Shown: one piece after another, positions 54,205 to 64,000 of the stretch | Numbering within the stretch: position 1 is the stretch's first letter | Layout: each line of letters begins with the position of its first letter | Assembly: GCF_009914755.1 (NCBI RefSeq) | Contig: NC_060936.1 | Source of the DNA: the human T2T-CHM13v2.0 reference genome, Homo sapiens | Length of the DNA stretch: 64,000 nt | Reading direction: 5' to 3' (one strand) | The notes under the pieces: model-generated | The model's input: only the letters and a program-made list of their open reading frames with translations | The model's database searches: none | What the model was told of the DNA's origin: nothing | Position numbers and translations under genes: made by a program

Positions 54205-54318
54205 CTGGTCAGTGACGGGTGGGCTAGTCAGTGATGGGTGGGCTGGTCAGTGATGGGTTGGCTGGTCAGTGACGGGTGGGCTGGTCATTGATGGGTTGGC
54301 TGGTCAGTGATGGGTTGG
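54205..54318. repeat. 19-bp G-rich minisatellite, 6 copies
   Basis: Unit CTGGTCAGTGATGGGTGGG at 54205, 54224, 54243, 54262, 54281, 54300. Confidence 0.95.
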
Positions 54319-56699
54319 CATCTTTGAAATGTGCTTTAAGGATCTCTTTTCAAAATCTCTAAACCTTTGGTGGTGCCTCAGAACAATTGACATTAGCTAC
54401 TCAAGTAAGTCACATTTAGACGTAGCTTCTTTGTAGCTTAAAATGAAATGTGTCCTGCTTATCTTGGCCATGACGTTATTCTCTGTAACATCTGGGACCT
54501 TGACTTCTTGTTTGGTATTCTGTCCTCTCACATGTTTGATCCCATTCAGTCCCTCCTTCCCCTGTGGTCAAAGACACCTCCGTTTGTACATTGAAGCATC
54601 TTGATTTTGTCTTCAGTTTGGGTTCTCTGATGCCCAAACGCCCCAATCTGTTCAGTCTCATTATATTAGAAAATGGAGCCGTCATTTCTCCCAATTTATC
54701 CTTATCCTCCCTTTTAAATTAAGTTCCTTTGTGTTTTTTTCTATAGATTAGACACCATGAAGTATATGAATAATCCCTTTCTTGTTTTTTTTGTTTTTTT
54801 TGTTTTGAGATAGAGTCTTGTTCTGTCACCCAGACTGGAGTGCAGTGGTGCGATCTTGGCTCACTACTCCACCTCCTAGGTTCAGGCGATTCTCCTGCCT
54901 CAGCTTTCTGAGCAGCTGGGACTACAGGCACATGCCACCATGCCCGGCTAATTTTTTTTGTATTTTTAGTGGAGACAGGGTTTCACCATGTTGGCCAGGC
55001 TGGTCTCAAACTCCTGACCTTGTGATTCCCGCTTTGGTCTCCCAAAGTGCTGGGATTACAGGTGTGAACCACTGCATATGGCCGAATAACCCCTTTCTAC
55101 CATCCTTTCATGTTGTTTAAAAATTTTTTTTCTATTGGGAAAGTATCTTTTTAAAGCCTTCCTCCCTCAACTTCCGCTTAAAACTAGGTCCATGATGTCT
55201 CATTTCTGAAGTTGTCAAATTGCTGGATAGATCCAGATTCTAATATTTTACAGGCTGTCTTAATGATACCACCATATTTTATCTCCTAAAGCATCCCACA
55301 CTACTCTGATCAGTTGAACCTCTTTACTCATTATCTGCTTTGTGACATTGACTTACTTCAGTTTCCCTCAAAAGCAGACCCTCAGATACTTATGTGAGTG
55401 TAAGAACTTATTGGGGACATGGTCCCCACAAATGTAGTGAGAGAATGGGCAAGTCAGACCATGGAAGTGCTGGGGGCATTAATGCCAGTGAAGGATGGGC
55501 TGACGCTCCGACTACTGCTGTGGGTAGTGGATGCTCAGTTCTCCTGAGTGCCTCTGAGGCACTGTGAGAATATTCCTCAGTCTTGATACTCTGAGGTACC
55601 AGGAAGCCCAGGTATTTATGTACTAACTCCCATCTCTCAGTCCGGAGGTTTGCTCTGCCATAGTAAGTATCCAGAATGTCCAGGGTCCCTGCATACAGAC
55701 CAATCTTATGCTTTCAGCTCAAGAAAGTTCTTGGGTAGAGAGTTGTGAGTGCCTCGGGTAGGAATCATGTCAGAGTATTGGCGATGCAGTGGCAGCATCT
55801 GCTATAGACTTGTAATCTCTGCTTTCAGGGACCTCCATAGTATGACACTACTGCTGCCTGTTCAGTTATTTCTTCCTATCTCCCATTCATGGTCAGTTCC
55901 ATTTAAACATTTCTCAAGTGTTTTTAGATATGTAACATCTTGAACTTTTGATGGTATTATACTAGTTACCTAGAAATTCTTAATCCTTTCCATAGGAACT
56001 TGATTTTCACTGCATTCATATTTATGAAATGTTCCTTTACTACCCCATCCTACATTTTTCTCAGCTTTTTCTGAAGTCCCATCTGTGACCTGATCGTAGT
56101 ATATATAATATTTTTTAGAAGGTTGGTCCCTGAGCTTTGTTTGCACACATAAATGCAGGGGCTTATAATTAAATGTCTTCACTTTAGTTATAGAACATGT
56201 AATGTTCGATAAATTTCTTTCCAAAAGCCTTGTCTTTGTTTTTATAGACAGGGTCTTGGTCTGTTGCCCAGGTTGCATTGCATTGGCGTGATCATAGGTC
56301 ACTGCAGCCTCAAATTCCTGGGCTGAAGTGATCCTCTTGCTTCAGCCTCCTGAGTAGATGGGACTACAGGTGTGTGCCACCATGCCTGTGTTTTGTTTGT
56401 TTTGTTTTGTTTTTTGGTTTTTTTTTTTGTTTTATGTGGTAAGGCAGATTTGTAATTTGAGAAACTTGTTGTTTTTATGTGCCCTTTTTAGTTGAGATCC
56501 ACTCACCTAGTGGGTTTAATCCTTTACTGAAAAGGATTACAAAGTAAGACCAGAAAATAAGTTGTAGAAGCATAACACTTAGTTAAGAAGATGAGATATT
56601 TGTGTTCTTTTTTAAAAAATTGAGCACTTAAAACACTGAGCATTTGTTTTATTGCAAGGCAGTGGAGAGCCTAATTATCAAGATTACACAAATGGGGGC

Positions 56700-57185
56700 T
56701 GTGTGTCAGAGTCCCCAAGATCCCCCTATGTTCAGAGTCACTAGAAGGACTCACGGGACTCAGCATATTTGTACTTATGACAGATTTACTACAGTGACAC
56801 TGTAAGGACACAGCTGGATCACAAATGAAAAAGGCACAGGCAGAGTCTCGAAGAACCCATGTGCAGGCTTCCTAAGCTCCCTCCCTCCTGTAAGGGTCAA
56901 AGTTTACTATCCCTCTGCAGCAAAAATATAGTAACGCATGTGTTTGATGTTTCTGCCCAGGAAGGACCATTGGAGATAAGTGCCCAAGGTCTTTACTGGG
57001 AGCTGGTCATGTAGGTATTCTCTGCCTAACATGTGGTGATCATATTGTTTGTATACAGTCTCGGCATAGTAATTATCAGTTAGGAAATAGTAGGGACGTT
57101 CCTGAAACCCATGTTCTCAGATGCCAGCCAGGGGCCAGTCTTGCAAGCAGGGCTTTCTATGGATGGTAGTTTTGGTCCTGATGCT
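56700..57185 (-). mobile_element. MER21-like LTR
   Basis: TGTCAGAGTCCCCAAGA...CTAGAAGGACTCACGGGACTCAGCATA and CAGATGCCAGCCAGGGGCCAGTCTTGCAAGCAGG motifs. Confidence 0.6.
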
Positions 57186-57404
57186 CTTTTCTATCTAGAC
57201 TACTTCAGATAAAATAGAATATTTATTGACTTCTTTTAAGTTACTGTGCTAGGTACTATGGGTATATTAGAGCATTAGCGATATATATTTCCTGCCAACA
57301 CAGTGTTTACTTGCTGGAGGACAAAAAAAGAACAGGGTAGTAAGTAAGCAGGAAAAAATTCAGATCCTGCTAAGTGTTATTACAGAAAAATTTGATGAGA
57401 GAAT

Positions 57405-58098
57405 GGGTTAGTCTGCTCAGTCTGCCATAACAAAATACCATATTCTGGGGAGCTTAAACAACAGAAATTTATTTCTCAGTTTTGGAGATGGAAAGTCCCA
57501 AGATCAAGGTACCACCATGATCTTTTTCTGGGGAGGGCTGTCTTCCTGCCTTGTGGACAGCCACCCTCTCACTATGTGTTCACATGGCCTTTTCCCAGTG
57601 TGTACATGGAGAGAGAGAGAGAGAAGAGATCTCTTGTGGGGTTTCTTTTTTCTTTTTCTTTTTTTGAGACAGGGTCTCACTCACCCCACCTGGAGTGCAA
57701 TGGCACAATCATGGGTCACTGCATCCTTAACCTCCTGGGCTCAAGTGATCCCCCCAAGCAGCTGGGACCACAGGTGTGCAGCACCACACCTGGCTAATTA
57801 AAAACAGGTTCTTTTTTGTACAGGCACAGTTTCACTGTGTGGTCCAGGCTCCTCTGAAACTCCAGGGTTCAAGTAATCTGCCTGCCTCAGCCTCCCAAAG
57901 TGCTGAGATTACAGACGTGGGCCAGTGTGCCTGGCCTCATATCTATTTTTGTAAAGACAATAACCCTATTTGACCAGGGTCCTACCCTTATGACCTCATT
58001 TAATCTTACTTCCTTAGAGGTCCTATCTCCAAATACAGCCATTCTGAGAGTTAAGCTTCAATATACAAGTTTTGAGGAGACACATTTAGTCCATAACA
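57405..58098 (-). mobile_element. MLT1-type LTR interrupted by an old Alu (57645-57936)
   Basis: GCCATAACAAAATACCATA...CTTAAACAACAGAAATTTATTTCTCA start and AGTCCATAACA end. Confidence 0.7.
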
Positions 58099-61000
58099 GA
58101 GAATGACATGGGAAAACTAATTGTAGACATGAAAGATGTGAAATGAGCATGGGGAAAAGTGTCTCCAAAAGGAATGATAAATAACAATATGTGAAGTCAG
58201 AAAATGGTTTAGTTACTTTTAGAAACGGAATGGAAGCCCATGTGGCTGAGGTTGGTATGCCTGAGAGATACAGATAAGTTGGAGAGAGCATGGGAACTAG
58301 ACCATACTCAACTTGTAGGCAATACAAAGGACTTATAATTGAGTCAAGAAATTTTGAAAAGTAAAATCTGATTTAGAATTTTGAAAGTTTAATCTGACTG
58401 CCAAATAGAAAATGTAATTGGAAGCAGGGAAACCAATTAGAAGGATATTTCATTGAGGTAATGTGATAGTTTACAGCAGAGAAAGTGATGGAGAGAGTGG
58501 GACTATTTGGGATACACCACAAATGACCAAATATAAGGCAATTCATTTTTCTAATAGGAAAAAAAGTAAAGATGGGGGAAGGCAGATGTAAATTTAAAAC
58601 ACATACTTAAGTATTAATAGTTCAATAATTTGATAACATTTAAAATAACATGAATGTAAGTTTAATTTATAGATGTTTCATTTTCTGCACCCGTATTCTC
58701 TGATACCGTTTTATTGAAACGTCATAGACATCTCAAAATTAATATATTAGGCCTAACAGTGTCAATTGTGGGGGCTTGCACCTGTAATCCCAGCAATTTG
58801 GGAAGCTGAAGTGGAAGGACTACTTGAGCCTAGGACTTTGAAACCAGCCTGAGCAACATGGTGAGACCCCATCTCTACAAAAGAATTCTGAAAATTATCT
58901 TGAGCATGGTGGCACGCACCTGTAGTCCCAGCTACTCAGGAGGCTGAGTTGGGAGGATCACTTGAGCCCAGGAGTTCAAGGCTGCAGTGAGCTATAATTG
59001 CACCACTAAACTCCAGCCTGAGTGACAGGGCAATACCCTGTCTCAAAAAACAAAATTAATATGTTTATAATGGGGTCTTGATTTTAACCCTCATATTTCT
59101 CCCTCAGTCTTCCTCAATTCATAAACACCATAATCTACCAAATTGTTCAAACTCCAAACCTAAGGGTAATTCTTGATTCTTTTTCCCTTTATTTTCTCCA
59201 TACCAAATACATCAGCAAATCTTGTTGATTCTACCTCCACCATATAATCCTACAAATATATAACCTTCAGTTGACATTTAAATTTGTAGAATGTTTTCAC
59301 ATTACTGATTATCTTTCTTACCTCTAGGTACAACCTCACAAAAAATTTGAAATGTAGATTTTTATTGAAAAATGGGCCCAGCATGTTGGCTCATGCCTGA
59401 AACCCCAACACTCTGGGAGAGACCAAGTCTCTTACTGGTTTGGGAGGGTAAAGTGGGAGAATTGCTTGAGCCCAGGAGTTCAAGAGCAGCCTGGACAACA
59501 TAGGGAGACCCCATCTCAACAAGAACAACAACAAAATTAGCCAGCTATGTGGTTGCACACCTGTGTATTCTGGCTGCTTGGGAGGCTTATGTAGGAGGAT
59601 CTCTTGAGCCTGGGAGCCTGGGGGGTTGAGGCTGCATCACAACACTACACTTCAATATGGGCGACAGAGCAAGACCCTGTCTCAAAAAATACATATTTTG
59701 AAGTTAACTTATAATAGTATAAATGGTTATGTCATGAGGATAATGGAAATAGAGCTATGTAACAAATGACTGTCAAACTGTCAGATTAGATTATTTTTAG
59801 AATGGGAACTTGGGTCTTGGGATAGTTTTAGTGAAAGTACACATGGATTTTAAAGTTCTGTGCCTGAATAGTTTAGATGAAAGATGATATGGTTTTGAAA
59901 ATGTGTTGCATTAAGTGGCTTTCCTTTTTTTTTTTTTTTTAGGTTATAAACATTAACTTGATTTAATCATTTTACAACATAAACATATATCAAAATATTA
60001 CACTGTAGACAGATATGTACAACTATTATTTTTCAATTAAAAATACAATTTTTTTTAAATTTAATTTTTCTTTTTCAATGAATCTTTGATTTCTTCACTT
60101 TAAACTCTTAGGTATTAAGCATACAAATGTTTAATGGCTTAGAATAGTACCTAACACATTATATGAGCCAAATACTAACTACTGCTCCAAACTATCTTTT
60201 TTCATAGCATTCTTCAAATACAAGATTATTCTGTGTATCTTATTAAAATTTATTTTTCTGCCTTATCTAAATATTGATAAAAATAGAAGGTAGGGCATTT
60301 GCCTGCTTCATGAATTCCAAAATCAAAGGGCAGTTTTACTAATTATTTTTACATTCAGTAACTCATTTGTCTCACACAGTAAACACAAATATTATGTAAC
60401 AGAACTATATTCATATTCTTCATCCTAAAAATGGAGAAAATTTTGAGTTATTTATTGATTGTAGTATAGGACTCATTCTCTATTTGTTCAAATTATTCCA
60501 TGTCAAGTGCCTAGAATAATTGTTCATGACATACTGTGAAATAGAAAATACTGATAGAGATGGATTACAAAAGTAAACTCAAAAAACATCCTATGAATTG
60601 TTTCATTATATATATAATAGAATATACTTATATCCACATAACAAAAAAATTAAATCTTTTTAGATAGAATAGCTGTTATAAACTGCTTAAGTTGTACATT
60701 TCATCAACACTTAATGAAAAACATCAATTTCTCACAAAAACTTCAAGCAGTAGAAGAGGTAATATTTCTTAATTCATCTGTTAGCCAGTAATACCATAAT
60801 ACCCAAAGGAGACAAAAGAATCACAAGATGACTATGAAACAACATCCTATTTAAATTTAGACACAGAAATTCTCAGAAATATTTAAAAAAAGAATACAAA
60901 AAGGTATAAGAATGATTACATACCATGACTAAGCAGGGTATTTTTCACAATGCAATGTTTGTTTAATATGATACAATATTACTTGAACAAAGTAAAAATG

Positions 61001-61496
61001 TAATAATTGAAATAGAAAAAGTTTGATAAATTCAACACCTATGAATGATAGAACACCAAGAAAACTATTAGAAGAAAACTTTTGAGACCTGCTAAAAGTC
61101 CTCCATGAAAAACCAAAATTGGCCCGGCGCAGTGGCTCACACCTGTAACCCAGAACTTTGGGAGGCTGAGGTGGAAAGACTGCATAAAGCCAGGAGTTCA
61201 AGACCATTCTGGACAATATAGGGATCCCCATCTTTACAAAATATTAAAAAAAAATTATCTGGGCATGGTGGTGCATGCCTGTTGTCCCAACTACTCAGGC
61301 AGTTAAGGTGGGAGGATCTAAGTGGCTTTCTTAATAGTAATGTGAAGATGCATATGGCAAGTTTAAATAAAACTTTAGAATAAGAAACAATACACAAAAT
61401 ATTTCTCATTGTTTAAGCTTGAAATGACTAATCATTCTTTCAAATATTTTCATTTTCTTCTTAGTATTTACTACAGTGTATAGTTTGTTGTTTTAA

Positions 61497-61736
<240 letters not shown>

Positions 61737-62024
61737 TAGTAGAGACGGGGTTTCACCATGTTAGACAGGATGGTCTCGATCTCCCAACCTCATGATCTGC
61801 CTGCCTCGGCCTCCCAAAGTGCTGGGATTACAGGTGTGAGCCACCGCTCCTGGCCTACAGGAACTTATTTTTTCTCTTGTGTCTCTAGTACCTTACACAC
61901 TACCTGGGCATAGTGTATACTCAGAAAGTATTGAGTGAATTAATTACTCAAAACATTGGGTCAAAGCTTCTTCTAACCTTTTTTCTTTGCTTTTCATGTG
62001 TTTTTCATATTCCCCATTTAATAA

Positions 62025-64000
<1,976 letters not shown>

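Overview
Primate (human-like) genomic DNA from a KRAB zinc-finger cluster, recognised from the protein sequences as ZNF26 followed by ZNF84 (human 12q24.33, from memory). On the + strand are the KRAB-A, KRAB-B and 13-finger exons of ZNF26 (its first coding exon is not seen and probably lies upstream of the window). They are followed by the CpG-island promoter and four coding exons of ZNF84, whose finger array runs off the right edge. The rest is dense interspersed repeat: about 50 Alus or Alu fragments, L1, MaLR/ERV LTRs, MER20 and MER44. There are also five short tandem arrays and four L1-made retrocopies with visible target-site duplications (TSDs): a U4atac snRNA variant, an apparently spliced and polyadenylated ERV transcript, a PTP4A2-type mRNA and a tailless 5S rRNA fragment. 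I find no evidence for a new multi-gene system. The most unusual item is the ERV retrocopy at 2218-4565. Repeat family names are from memory of consensus sequences and repeat boundaries are approximate.
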